Positions 1-9,826 are shown, counted from the stretch's first letter. The stretch: 60,448 nt of DNA from a virus (IMGVR_UViG_3300021479_000021:1-60448); one strand, 5' to 3'. Notes: generated from the sequence alone by a model not told the origin. Made by a program: numbers and translations.

Positions 1-410
1 ATAACATTTTCTGAACAATATTCTATAAAATAATCAGTAGCAATTAGTTTATCTACAGCCTTAAATATCAATTCTTTTGTTAATATATTTGTATCTATAA
101 TAGGCTCTTCTACAACTGTAGTATCCTCTACAAATTTAGTCAAACTATCTTCAATTTGTTCTTTAATAAGAGTATCAGTAATTTCTTTATAAGCTGATAA
201 TTTATCATGTATTTCATTAAAATCTTCTAATGTTATTAGAGAACCAAACGCTTGTCGATCAATAGTAACAACAACAGAATTATCACTATATTTTTGTATA
301 TTCAATTTTATTTTGTAAATAAAAATAAGTTCATCCGTTAAATCGTTTATAACAACACCCTTTTCGATAACTTTATCAATGGTTTTAAATAATAGTTCTT
401 TTGTTAGCAT
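1..410 (-). CDS. hypothetical protein, runs off window edge
   Basis: ATG at 410, frame open to position 1 (MLTKELLFKTIDKVI...); internal repeat LTKELIFKAVDKLI; promoter motif at 427-452. Confidence 0.6.
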   Translation of the reverse strand, partial: MLTKELLFKTIDKVIEKGVVINDLTDELIFIYKIKLNIQKYSDNSVVVTIDRQAFGSLITLEDFNEIHDKLSAYKEITDTLIKEQIEDSLTKFVEDTTVVEEPIIDTNILTKELIFKAVDKLIATDYFIEYCSENV

Positions 411-453
411 AAAATTCCGTTTCTTTTTATATAGGTTTATCAGGAAAAGTTTT

Positions 454-1149
454 TTACATCTTACTATTATAACCTTCCAAGATGCTATTATGTTTTTCGA
501 TATATTCTCGCTCCTTAGATATAACTAACTCTTCAATTTGTTGTCTATCATTCATATCTTTGGAAATACTAATTACTTCTACTACTTCAAACAACCAGTC
601 TGATATAGAAGAGTTCTTTATTTCCTCATGGAATTTAGAAGTTGTTGGATGATAAAAATGCTGGTACCATCTTAACGTAAATATTTGAGTTGTTTTACCA
701 ATATAACATTTAGCTGTCTTCTTATTAGTTATTTTATAAATTACCGGTTGGTCCCCATAATAATTAGTTCCATCCATTTTACGCATGTATTCTATATTAC
801 CAAAGTCCTCTTTACATCCATTTGAGCAAAATGTTTGACCACCTCCAGGATTACCGTGCTGATATTTCTCTATGACTTTAAATTGTTTCTTACAATGTTT
901 ACATTCAACTGGCTCAAATAATCTTTTAGTATGATAATCATTTTCTTTGATTTCTTCAAGTTTTAACAGAAAATCATTTAAATAAAATTTCTCCTTAATA
1001 ACTCTCTGAGGAAGATCTCTACCTAATTCTTCTTCTAATTTCTTCCGGGCTTCCTTCTTATTTTCGGCTTCAATTTTACCAGTAAACAATGGTGGCCAGA
1101 GCCAGCTCTCTCCAGCCTTACCTTTAATTTGATAATAGAATTCTAACAT
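454..1149 (-). CDS. Zn-finger + C-terminal GIY-YIG nuclease domain protein (probable start 1149 rather than 1230)
   Basis: CKHC..FCSNGC, then VIYKITNKKTAKCYIGKT...RWYQH...EREYI...GYN; promoter-like motif at about 1170-1196 supports the later start. Confidence 0.75.
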   Translation of the reverse strand: MLEFYYQIKGKAGESWLWPPLFTGKIEAENKKEARKKLEEELGRDLPQRVIKEKFYLNDFLLKLEEIKENDYHTKRLFEPVECKHCKKQFKVIEKYQHGNPGGGQTFCSNGCKEDFGNIEYMRKMDGTNYYGDQPVIYKITNKKTAKCYIGKTTQIFTLRWYQHFYHPTTSKFHEEIKNSSISDWLFEVVEVISISKDMNDRQQIEELVISKEREYIEKHNSILEGYNSKM

Positions 1150-1224
1150 AAAGATTATTTTGTATACTTTTATACATGAGTTTATTGGTAAAGTTGTATC
1201 TTTGTAGCTGATATAAATTACCGT

Positions 1225-1575
1225 ATGCATGATTATTCAGAATTTTTAAGAAAAGAATTATATCCTCTTAGTCAGAGTTATATTGAAATACTTTTTGAAG
1301 CTGAAAGGACTATATTTAATAAAAAGCATTGGAAATTCTATAAAGAATTTACTTTCTTTAGAAATAAATCACGTTATTATAATGACTTTGATTATAAAAT
1401 ATCATATTGTGAACCCATCACAAATAATGACTACAGCATAATCAAATTTAAAGATTCAAAAATTATAATAACAAACAGTGTTAGTTATATTGATACTCAA
1501 AAGGTCTATTTTATATTTCAATCAATTCATCAAGAAATTCAAAAATATAAAATAAAAAAGAACAAATCAAAATAA
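1225..1575 (+). CDS. hypothetical protein, paralog family SQSYI-x-LL-EAERTIF
   Basis: ORF; N-terminal motif shared with 2009..2410 and 1692..2015. Confidence 0.65.
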   Translation: MHDYSEFLRKELYPLSQSYIEILFEAERTIFNKKHWKFYKEFTFFRNKSRYYNDFDYKISYCEPITNNDYSIIKFKDSKIIITNSVSYIDTQKVYFIFQSIHQEIQKYKIKKNKSK

Positions 1576-1691
1576 TGAATAGTAAAACATCACTATTGAT
1601 AACCTTGGTGCAAATGCTACACAATAGCTATCTGTTTATATGAAATTAAATACCTAATAATCATTTTATTATATATAATCTGCACCAACTT

Positions 1692-2015
1692 ATGAAGTAG
1701 AGCCAGAGTTATAAAGAACTATTAAAGAAGGCTAAAGATACTATCTTCAATGGAAGAATGGTAAGAAACTATAAAGAATTTTCATATAAAAGAAAAGCTG
1801 ATCAAAATATCGAATACGTTATTACTTATAGGGATATAGTAAAAAGAATTGATGTTAACTTATGTATTTATAATGGTGAAATATACCTTTATAGTAACAC
1901 ATTTAGGAAAATTTCTAAACCTGTTATAATACACAATCTTATGATTATGATCTATGAGAAGATAGAAAGATTTAAACACATCAAGAGACGTAAAAACAGA
2001 AAGCTTCCATGGTAG
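1692..2015 (+). pseudogene. paralog of 1225..1575 with in-frame TAG at codon 3 (or truncated gene starting at 1758)
   Basis: ATG AAG TAG then SQSYKELLKKAKDTIFNGR in frame with the 1758 ORF, matching LSQSYIEILFEAERTIFN of the neighbour. Confidence 0.45.
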
Positions 2016-2410
2016 AATTAAACTGGGATGAAACTCTCTTTGATAAAGAGAATACGCCTCTTTATGATCAGTATATAAGTGTTCTCTTAGAAGCAGAAAG
2101 AACAATTTTTAAAAATAGGAAAACTCTTGATATAAACAAAACCTGTAACATTGGATCTGGCTTATTTTATGAATCAAATACTGGTAAAGATTTTAATTAT
2201 CGCTTAAACTATCTTTATTGTATTTCTTGGTGGGATAATCGTACACACTATTATATGCGTATATTAAGACTTAGAGATGGTCGATATGCCATAGGTTGTA
2301 AGAATAGATTTTTAGATAAAACAATTCTTTATAAAAGCATTCTAGATATCTACAAAGCTATCAAAAATAGAAATAGTAACAAAAGAATAAGTATGCTTAA
2401 AATATCCTAA
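2009..2410 (+). CDS. hypothetical protein, same paralog family
   Basis: YDQYISVLLEAERTIFKN. Confidence 0.65.
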   Translation: MVELNWDETLFDKENTPLYDQYISVLLEAERTIFKNRKTLDINKTCNIGSGLFYESNTGKDFNYRLNYLYCISWWDNRTHYYMRILRLRDGRYAIGCKNRFLDKTILYKSILDIYKAIKNRNSNKRISMLKIS

Positions 2411-2461
2411 CTATAAAATTAGGCAATTATTTACTTGAGTCCGGCAAATGTTATTTTACAA

Positions 2462-2827
2462 TTAATTCATATTTCGATAAACTACAAGAAAATCAGGTGT
2501 TAAAGCTTTTATCATTTGACCTGCTTCTAACATTATTTCCATACTAATTTGATCTGAAGTAAATTTTGAATCGATTGCATTTTCCGAAAAGTTTAAATCA
2601 ATTCGAATATATATGTCTTCTGCAACATTAAGACTTACAACTAATCTTTCCGGAGTATCTTCATTTTGTCTAATTTGTAAATCAAAAAGTGGGTTATTGA
2701 AATTTTCAAGATTATTTTCTCTTGCATATCTTCTAATAAGATTACGAATAACTTCTTCCATAGTAATCATTTTAAATCTAAGTTTAAGTAATAAAAATAG
2801 GAATTTAATTTTATAAAAGAATCGCAT
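2462..2827 (-). CDS. hypothetical protein
   Basis: ORF track, 121 aa. Confidence 0.6.
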   Translation of the reverse strand: MRFFYKIKFLFLLLKLRFKMITMEEVIRNLIRRYARENNLENFNNPLFDLQIRQNEDTPERLVVSLNVAEDIYIRIDLNFSENAIDSKFTSDQISMEIMLEAGQMIKALTPDFLVVYRNMN

Positions 2828-2933
2828 AATGTACTAATTTTTAGAGTATATAGTATAGTTTGCTGTGACTGTAGATTCCATTATAAAATTATCAACAAAT
2901 TTGATATATACTATCAAATAATACTATCATTCA

Positions 2934-3131
2934 ATGAGTGATTTTGATACCTCTACATTAATCGGAAAACCGTTAGGGGAAGCTAAACAGATACTCAAAG
3001 ATACTGGCTTAATGATACGTATACTAAAAAGAAATGGTAAAGCCTTCCCACCTACATCTAATATCAAAGAAAATCGTTTAAATGTCAACCTAGAAGATAA
3101 TATTATAATAGAAATATTCGGTGTATACTAA
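2934..3131 (+). CDS. small protein, peptidase-inhibitor I78-like fold possible
   Basis: LIGKPLGEAK...TSNIKENRLNVNLEDNII pattern. Confidence 0.45.
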   Translation: MSDFDTSTLIGKPLGEAKQILKDTGLMIRILKRNGKAFPPTSNIKENRLNVNLEDNIIIEIFGVY

Positions 3132-3330
3132 TATGATAACTAAAGATAAACAAATAGAACAATTCAAAATTATAAGACAGACTCACGCAGCTGAAGGATT
3201 ACCTGTAGTGATTGGTAAAAATAATAGAATACTTTATTTGTATATTGATGATATAATCTTTGATATAACAGATCTCTCATCAGAAGAGAAGGAAAGAATA
3301 ATGGAAGAGAATAGATTTCGTAAACTTTAA
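3130..3330 (+). CDS. hypothetical protein
   Basis: ORF coupled to the upstream gene; start uncertain. Confidence 0.5.
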   Translation, partial: NMITKDKQIEQFKIIRQTHAAEGLPVVIGKNNRILYLYIDDIIFDITDLSSEEKERIMEENRFRKL

Positions 3331-3361
3331 TATATTTACTGATATAAAAAGGAAACTATTT

Positions 3362-3922
3362 ATGGATAATAAACTATTAAACAAATGGGTACCTATTCTT
3401 AAATGTTTAGATATTGATCCCCTGAACTATACTAAGCTATCACAATTTTGTGAAACATATACTATAAAAAGAAGTGAAGAAATTGTTCCTACCGGCGATA
3501 GCTTACATCTAAATTCTGTAGGTGTACCCACTAATGTAGAAGGTGCTAATCTTAATCTTTTAGCTATGTGTATTAAAACTCTATCTAAATTAGATAATCT
3601 TGATCATATAATCTTCACTAATTTCATAAGTGATTTCGAAACATTAGAAACAAAAATAGTATGGTCGGTAGGTGAAATTTATATGATGACTGGTATAGAT
3701 ATGATAGAAAGTCAAGCTATGGAAGAAATATCTAAATTTCTATCAAAAGAAAACTTCAAAGATAATGAAAAAATATTAATAACATCCCCTATTGATGCTT
3801 GCACAATAGTAAAAAGTGATTCTAATCAACCCTTAGGATTTAAGTATTTGACTCGTTTCAAGAAAATAAATATTGATTATTCTACATCACAAACAGTGAT
3901 TGATACAAAAGAACAGGCTTAA
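3362..3922 (+). CDS. hypothetical protein
   Basis: 186-aa ORF with promoter motif at 3322-3347 and terminator at its end. Confidence 0.7.
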   Translation: MDNKLLNKWVPILKCLDIDPLNYTKLSQFCETYTIKRSEEIVPTGDSLHLNSVGVPTNVEGANLNLLAMCIKTLSKLDNLDHIIFTNFISDFETLETKIVWSVGEIYMMTGIDMIESQAMEEISKFLSKENFKDNEKILITSPIDACTIVKSDSNQPLGFKYLTRFKKINIDYSTSQTVIDTKEQA

Positions 3923-3937
3923 GCCTGTTCTTTTGTA
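3904..3937. terminator. bidirectional terminator (perfect 34-bp palindrome)
   Basis: TACAAAAGAACAGGCTT/AAGCCTGTTCTTTTGTA between convergent genes. Confidence 0.8.
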
Positions 3938-3944
3938 CTTAGTA

Positions 3945-4514
3945 TTACACAACAATATCTATCTTATTTTGTTTCTTTTCATATTTACTCATAACTTTCT
4001 CAATCTTTTTAATGATCTTTTTATGGGTACTAGTAAGATCCCGGCCTTCTTTTAGACCTTTAATAATATGTCTGGTCTCAACTATTTTATCCAGACGAAA
4101 TTTTTCATTCATACTATCCATGTCTTTGATATTATCATACCGGTCAACGAGTTTTATACATAGAGAATAACTGGACATCTCCAACATCTTTTCAAGCAGA
4201 TAAGGAGCTTTACCCTTCTTTTTTATCTCTTCTTTATCCGAAGTAAGATCTTGAACAATAGCTGCTACATGATGACCAAATTCCTCAGCTATTTCAGCTA
4301 AAGTTACACCATCTACATCTTCATAACTGTCGTGAGCCAAAGAAGCTATACTGAGAAGATAAATATTTTTACTCGCTTTGACTTCCATAAGAGTAATCAT
4401 AACTCTTATAGGATGTAGAATATAAGGTAGTTTATTCCCTTTACGTACTTGCCCAGTATGTTTTTCAGTAAAATAAATTATTGCTCTTTCTAAATCTTTA
4501 GATGTTAATTTCAT
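3945..4514 (-). CDS. RelA/SpoT-type HD domain small alarmone hydrolase (Mesh1/SAH-like)
   Basis: HTGQVRKGNKLPYILHP, AHDSYED, VQDLT, IKLVDRYDN motifs. Confidence 0.88.
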   Translation of the reverse strand: MKLTSKDLERAIIYFTEKHTGQVRKGNKLPYILHPIRVMITLMEVKASKNIYLLSIASLAHDSYEDVDGVTLAEIAEEFGHHVAAIVQDLTSDKEEIKKKGKAPYLLEKMLEMSSYSLCIKLVDRYDNIKDMDSMNEKFRLDKIVETRHIIKGLKEGRDLTSTHKKIIKKIEKVMSKYEKKQNKIDIVV

Positions 4515-4522
4515 ATTTGTAT

Positions 4523-4891
4523 TTAATCGTTTTCGTCTTCTCCATTATAAGCCCAGATCATATCGTCGCAATCACCATAAACGAGATCATAAGCCGGCAT
4601 AAAATCTTTTGGTATTGCTTTACCATGTATTATTTGCATTGTAAGAAATCCAGCACACTCTTTTGATTTATCAGTAGCAAGCATATTACCAGAATCGCTA
4701 CTTTCATCTGGCACAGTTGTTTTATGACAAGGAAAACTGTTATACTTATTGGTTGTAGCATATGCTAATTCTTCACCTCTTCTGGGACGAAGAAATGGTT
4801 TAACATCACTTCTAAAAGGACATCTGTCACACGGTTCTTTCATGAAATTAGACATATTATAACATTGTTTTAACAGAAGTGAAAAGTTCAA
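4523..4891 (-). CDS. Cys-rich phage protein (CxxCPF / CH / CxG; DUF6283-like)
   Basis: PCDRCPFR, FPCHKT, ECAG; related to 40590..40928. Confidence 0.6.
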   Translation of the reverse strand: MNFSLLLKQCYNMSNFMKEPCDRCPFRSDVKPFLRPRRGEELAYATTNKYNSFPCHKTTVPDESSDSGNMLATDKSKECAGFLTMQIIHGKAIPKDFMPAYDLVYGDCDDMIWAYNGEDEND

Positions 4892-5162
4892 TTTGATTGT
4901 TAATATACTCTTTTATTATCTTCTCAAGCGTTTTTTGTTCAATATCAGTAAATTTACGTTCACCAGTTATTTTGTGAAAAAATAAAGCTGTCGCTCTTGT
5001 AGTTTTTATTTTAGCAAGATCTGGATACATTCTTATAGCAAGATCCGTTTTATTTATGAAAGGTTTTTCCAAAATAGAATCAAGTTTAGGATTTATTGTT
5101 TTTAAACAATTCCTAAGTCTTCTTTCTTTAACTAAAACACTTTGTTTTGTATCATCAAACAT
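4857..5162 (-). CDS. hypothetical protein, possible HTH
   Basis: INKTDLAIRMYP...KITGERKFT. Confidence 0.55.
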   Translation of the reverse strand: MFDDTKQSVLVKERRLRNCLKTINPKLDSILEKPFINKTDLAIRMYPDLAKIKTTRATALFFHKITGERKFTDIEQKTLEKIIKEYINNQIELFTSVKTML

Positions 5163-5168
5163 AATATC

Positions 5169-5684
5169 CTATTTTAACAGTTCATTTAAATCTACATCTT
5201 CTCTACGAAAAGGATTCTCATGAACTCCTTTAAGATCAATCCTAAGCCGGTAAGCTTTATCATCATCAAAAGAGATAATGTAATTGGTCTCAATAGCATT
5301 GAGTATGGAATAAAGACCTTTGAATTCATGATAATAGTTAGATATCTCACGCTCAAGTGTATTTTCTATTTTCCCACTACCATCTATGTAAACAATACCT
5401 CTTATATCGTTTCTACCGGCAGCAATTAAAAAACTATATAATTGACCCAAAGAGTTATAATGGTTATGAGTATACATGCTCCAGGTACAGATACAATTGT
5501 TTGTATCAAACAGAAGCTTCAATGCATCATCCTTAGGAATAAAACTAAACTGAGAAATCAGATCCATTGTATCCACATAACTTTCTGGAAGCTTACCTCT
5601 GTACTCAAGATTATTTTTTACATAATCAGAATCCTCTTTAGCGGATTCAATCAAATCGTTGTCTATAAATATTAGCTTTTTCAT
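5169..5684 (-). CDS. hypothetical protein
   Basis: 171-aa ORF in minus-strand operon. Confidence 0.65.
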   Translation of the reverse strand: MKKLIFIDNDLIESAKEDSDYVKNNLEYRGKLPESYVDTMDLISQFSFIPKDDALKLLFDTNNCICTWSMYTHNHYNSLGQLYSFLIAAGRNDIRGIVYIDGSGKIENTLEREISNYYHEFKGLYSILNAIETNYIISFDDDKAYRLRIDLKGVHENPFRREDVDLNELLK

Positions 5685-5705
5685 TTATTATTACATCTTT
5701 TTAAA

Positions 5706-6056
5706 TTATGCTATAATCATCTTAGGTGTTTCTAACCTCCAATTGAGATGCTTCATCATCAGTACAGTGTATGGCCCACCTCTACCTATTGGTTTTGATA
5801 TTCTCCATTTTAAATGTTTCAATATCAGCATAGTTATAAAACTTTCGATCTCATAAGGCTGTAATCTATATTTCTTTTCAAAAACTGACCATATTGAATT
5901 ATAATCAACGGCTAAATATCCATTTTCTTTGTTATTATACATCACTACAAAATCATCCAAATCCTTAACCACAATATTACCTGGATTTTTAGAATCCAAA
6001 GATATAGATCCTAATTTAGATAAGAAAAACTCCTCCAATGATATTATTTTTTTCAT
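5706..6056 (-). CDS. small array-associated protein, copy 1 (reads through repeat-spacer-repeat)
   Basis: paralog of 15937..16284 and 26333..26617 (EEFFL.KL, VVMYN.KN.YL.VDY..IWSVFEK.Y, LKHL.WR..P twice). Confidence 0.8.
   Translation of the reverse strand: MKKIISLEEFFLSKLGSISLDSKNPGNIVVKDLDDFVVMYNNKENGYLAVDYNSIWSVFEKKYRLQPYEIESFITMLILKHLKWRISKPIGRGGPYTVLMMKHLNWRLETPKMIIA
5725..5826 (-). CRISPR. mini CRISPR-like array: 2 repeats, one 30-nt spacer
   Basis: repeat 5725-5760 is 32/36 and repeat 5791-5826 is 24/36 identical to the 16152 repeat; spacer 5761-5790. Confidence 0.7.
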
Positions 6057-6073
6057 TTTTAATTAGTAAATTA

Positions 6074-6616
6074 CTATTTCAATCTTACTATGAACAGTGT
6101 AAAGTTACTAAGATTTTTATTATTCACACTCATTTTACCATAACCCTGACTATCTGGATGTGAAGATAACAAAACATAACCGTTTTCATCTGTATCATAT
6201 AAAACGCCACAATGACCATTAATAAAACCGTCAGTGCTCCAGTATTGAACGATATCTCCTCTTTTAGCATTTTCTGGTTTTATCCAGGTAGCTTTACCAG
6301 TTTCAACCAGAGCCCAACACACGCCAGATACAACTGTAGAATCACCTCTTGATAGAAGCTTTTGTATTGTCAACATATCTTGTTTAATGTAAATTCTTTC
6401 TGAAGTCTTCTCGTCAATAAAAGCATACTCATGTAATAATATATCCATAAATTGAACACAGTTCGCTTTCTGATATGTAGGAGCAATTCTTTTACCGTTC
6501 TTTTGAAGATAAGTCAAGAACTCAATATTTCTATCAGGAATACCTTTAGACAAATCATATACTGTCGTGAAAGATACTAAGAGTACTGATAATAAAATTA
6601 AGATAAACTGTTTCAT
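6074..6616 (-). CDS. secreted NlpC/P60-like (papain-fold) hydrolase
   Basis: signal peptide; NCVQF, AKRGDIVQYW, GHCG; similar to 8071..8877. Confidence 0.55.
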   Translation of the reverse strand: MKQFILILLSVLLVSFTTVYDLSKGIPDRNIEFLTYLQKNGKRIAPTYQKANCVQFMDILLHEYAFIDEKTSERIYIKQDMLTIQKLLSRGDSTVVSGVCWALVETGKATWIKPENAKRGDIVQYWSTDGFINGHCGVLYDTDENGYVLLSSHPDSQGYGKMSVNNKNLSNFTLFIVRLK

Positions 6617-6832
6617 ATTAGTTGTGTTTAATGAATTTCTATGGTTTTTACATTGGTAGCTTTTTCATAAGTTAAAATATCTTTCAATATTCCGCCGATT
6701 TTAGAAATTTACGATCAGCTCTACCAATGTCATCAAATCTACTTATAAGCTCTTGGCTCCTAATTTAAAGTCCCTTAAAGGTATACTGACTTATAAGTTT
6801 CCAGCCTTTGAACTGGATAGAACTTGAAATTT

Positions 6833-7117
6833 TTAATGTATATTATCTTCTGGATAAGCATTACGAATAGAATCTCTGTCTATGTAAGCAATTTTTTCGT
6901 AAAGCTCGCCTCTGGCGTTACCCAAACTTCCAGTGTAAGACTCTTCGATTTTTACATCAGCATTATTAGCTGCTGTTTCTAATGATCTTTCAACGTGTAG
7001 TTTTGTAAATGCTATACCGATTTCATGTGCAGGTCTTACATTACCTTGCTCATCTTTACAGTTATCTTGGAAGAACTCCTCTGCTGATGGAATTTCGATA
7101 TATGTTTTGAAGCTCAT
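6833..7117 (-). CDS. hypothetical phage protein
   Basis: ORF track. Confidence 0.65.
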   Translation of the reverse strand: MSFKTYIEIPSAEEFFQDNCKDEQGNVRPAHEIGIAFTKLHVERSLETAANNADVKIEESYTGSLGNARGELYEKIAYIDRDSIRNAYPEDNIH

Positions 7118-7129
7118 AATGGTTATTGT

Positions 7130-7393
7130 TTAAAATTGAAACTCTGAATGTGACACCATAATAGTATCTTTTTTTACCAAGAAAATACCATCTTCGTTTT
7201 TTCTGTAAAAACTTCTTTCAGATTCGTGAGAGGTATTAAAAATACTTTTCACTTCAAAATCTTTTTTCAGAAGAATTGTACTATCATTTAAATCATACAA
7301 ATCTTCATATGTCAGTGTTTTTGATGATGTAGAGTTTACAACGAAATTAGATATACTAAATATTACGAGAACACAGATGATTAAGTTTTTCAT
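7130..7393 (-). CDS. hypothetical secreted/membrane protein
   Basis: hydrophobic N-terminus. Confidence 0.6.
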   Translation of the reverse strand: MKNLIICVLVIFSISNFVVNSTSSKTLTYEDLYDLNDSTILLKKDFEVKSIFNTSHESERSFYRKNEDGIFLVKKDTIMVSHSEFQF

Positions 7394-7436
7394 ATTTTTA
7401 GTGGTTAGTTGAACAATATATGAGTTTATACGGATT

Positions 7437-7462
7437 TTATATCTAAATGTTTCAAAAAGTTT
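7437..7462 (-). promoter_or_regulatory. phage promoter motif AAACTTT-N12-GATATAA (near-identical copies at 8061-8086 and 11121-11146)
   Basis: conserved bipartite motif upstream of minus-strand genes. Confidence 0.65.
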
Positions 7463-7476
7463 TAGTTTTTTTACTA

Positions 7477-8013
7477 CTAAATTGTTAATTTCTCAAGCTT
7501 GTTAAGATAATCTTCTGTAACTCTTTTTTTCTCCTCCATTTGTAATAGATATTCCTTTATTTCCTTTATCAATGATGTTTCGTATTTTAGGAATCCCTTA
7601 TACTTGTTTATGGCATCAGCTACAGCTTCTTCTCTGGTTGGGAAAATATCACCTAAATAGTTTCCGTTTCTTTCAACATTTGGCATTTCAGGATCTACTT
7701 CAGCTTGTATAAGAACACCATCGGTTACACTAAACACAGTAATAGGATTTTCTATAACATCATCACCGTTAATAATGTCATGAATAACATCAGTTTTTAC
7801 GAGTTCTTTTAATTTAGCAAAAACTTGTGATTTTTCGCAGAAATCCACTTGATATGTAGCTTCTAGTGTTTTCTTATTTACAGAAAAAACAGCAGGCCAG
7901 TGTTTCTCTCCTACAGCAATATAATCAATCTCATCTTTGGTATAATTTCGTACTATATAATTTTCAGATCCTTTTTTTATGTCAAGAAGCTTTCTAAGTG
8001 TTAATGCTTTCAT
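7477..8013 (-). CDS. hypothetical protein
   Basis: 178-aa ORF. Confidence 0.7.
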   Translation of the reverse strand: MKALTLRKLLDIKKGSENYIVRNYTKDEIDYIAVGEKHWPAVFSVNKKTLEATYQVDFCEKSQVFAKLKELVKTDVIHDIINGDDVIENPITVFSVTDGVLIQAEVDPEMPNVERNGNYLGDIFPTREEAVADAINKYKGFLKYETSLIKEIKEYLLQMEEKKRVTEDYLNKLEKLTI

Positions 8014-8070
8014 ATCCTTTAAGTAGTTTAGTTAAACAAATATATACATTTAAACGGAATTTATATCCAA

Positions 8071-8877
8071 ATGTTTCAAAAAGTTTTAAGTTTTTCTGAA
8101 TTCATAAAAGAAAATGCAAATATAGCTAGTTCTATTTCAGCTAAAGGTCTGGAATTCACCAACAAAATTAAATCTTTAGATACTGGTAAACCGCAGTACA
8201 AACATATGCCTTGCTATGAATTTGTATACAAATTTATGAAAATGTATAAACCTGACCTTCCATCAGCTATATTAACAGATCTTAAAATGGCATACAAAAA
8301 GGATATTGGAACCCTTCCAGCTAAAGAATATCTTGAATTAACAAAGAAGAGCTTGCAGGTACCAAGTCAACCAGAAACAATGAGAGGCCTTGAATATGTG
8401 AATCAAAAATATGGTATTGGTAGAATAGTAACTGTTGACCAGGCCAAAATAGGTGATGCAATATCTTTTTGGGTTTATCAATTTATAGAGTTCTCAAGAA
8501 AAGAGAAAAACTACTCCTTCCCTACTACAGAAGCAAGTTTTAAACAGTATTTATTAAAGAACAAATTAGTTGAATCTACATTACCAGAATGGTTAATTGA
8601 AGGTGCACGAATAGAATATGGTCACTATGGTATTATCTCAGATATTGATTCAGAATATTTATACCTAACATCTTCCGGAGAAAAGAATGGTTGTAATGGT
8701 ATATGGAATGGTGTACCTAAATCAGAGTGCTCGGAAAATTTTACTAAAATAAGAAAAGCTGATTTAAAGAAATTTCAAAACAAATCATTTGATGATATGC
8801 TTTTCAGATCTACTGACGAACTTACAAATAAAAGGATTCAAATAATAATGAGAAGTTATATACTGAATTTTATATAA
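8071..8877 (+). CDS. NlpC/P60-like protein with capsid-targeting-like N-terminus
   Basis: KVLSFSEFIKE; PCYEF, AKIGDAISFW, GHYG. Confidence 0.55.
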   Translation: MFQKVLSFSEFIKENANIASSISAKGLEFTNKIKSLDTGKPQYKHMPCYEFVYKFMKMYKPDLPSAILTDLKMAYKKDIGTLPAKEYLELTKKSLQVPSQPETMRGLEYVNQKYGIGRIVTVDQAKIGDAISFWVYQFIEFSRKEKNYSFPTTEASFKQYLLKNKLVESTLPEWLIEGARIEYGHYGIISDIDSEYLYLTSSGEKNGCNGIWNGVPKSECSENFTKIRKADLKKFQNKSFDDMLFRSTDELTNKRIQIIMRSYILNFI

Positions 8878-9051
8878 GTATAGATGAAGATATAAAAGAA
8901 ATTCTTAATTCGTATAAATGGGTTAAAGTTAAAAAATACACATTGGATGAATCTTTATCATGGGAAGAAAGATATAGAAAATTAGAGGAACATCACATTG
9001 AGGAAACAACATTTCTAATTAACAAGATTAGATCCATACTATCAAAATAAA

Positions 9052-9300
9052 CTACATCAATCTTTCAATTTCTTTTTTAAGTTCTTTGATAGTATCTCTT
9101 TGTTCATCAACAATCTCCTCTAGGTTTAATTTTTCATCAAGGACTCTTTTGTAGTTACCATTAATGTATTTTTTCTCATCCATTAAACCATTGATAACAT
9201 CAACCATAAGATTAATAAGTTGTTGTTCACCTTCCTGAATCTCGTAGTCTTTCGGTTTATCTTCTAAAAATTTCTTTACTATTTCCTTCTCGTAACTCAT
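9052..9300 (-). CDS. hypothetical coiled-coil protein
   Basis: ORF track. Confidence 0.6.
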   Translation of the reverse strand: MSYEKEIVKKFLEDKPKDYEIQEGEQQLINLMVDVINGLMDEKKYINGNYKRVLDEKLNLEEIVDEQRDTIKELKKEIERLM

Positions 9301-9301
9301 G

Positions 9302-9826
9302 TTACAAATATAATAATTGTTTGATTAACGGTTCAGAATTTTTTAACAAATCTTCCAGACCGAAATGTAAATCAAGTATTTCTATTTCCTCCAGAGTATA
9401 CCATTTGGCTTGTTCATTCTCCCAATCTAATATAGGTTTAAATTCTTCATCAACAATTCCGATATAGTTGAAATAAGTAAATTTATCATTAGCTGTTTTA
9501 AAAATATACGCAGGCACTAATTGTAGTGGTCCCAAATATCCAGTTTCTTCCTGAAGTTCTCTTAAAGCAACTACTTCAGGATCAAAATCAGTATAATCGT
9601 CTTCATCAAATTTACCACCAAAAACTCCCCAGGTGTGAGGTTCATTTACTTCAGCACTACGAAACCCAAGAAGTATCCTTTTAGTCTTTGTACATATAGG
9701 TAATACACCAGTACCATGATCACCGTAGAAAGCCTCCCCAGAACTATTATCATGAACCTCATACGATTCTTGTTCATTTCTTTTACCTAATTCAAAAGAT
9801 TCATACGTTTGAAAGTATTTCATCAT
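9302..9826 (-). CDS. Nudix hydrolase
   Basis: WGVFGG...ALRELQEETG Nudix box; N-terminus MKYFQTYESF. Confidence 0.88.
   Translation of the reverse strand: MMKYFQTYESFELGKRNEQESYEVHDNSSGEAFYGDHGTGVLPICTKTKRILLGFRSAEVNEPHTWGVFGGKFDEDDYTDFDPEVVALRELQEETGYLGPLQLVPAYIFKTANDKFTYFNYIGIVDEEFKPILDWENEQAKWYTLEEIEILDLHFGLEDLLKNSEPLIKQLLYL

Noticed and set aside
1692-1700. TAG stop-codon reassignment
   Set aside because: Long genes are intact under the standard code, and several genes end in TAG immediately before the next gene. Isolated TAG/TAA breaks are better explained as nonsense mutations.
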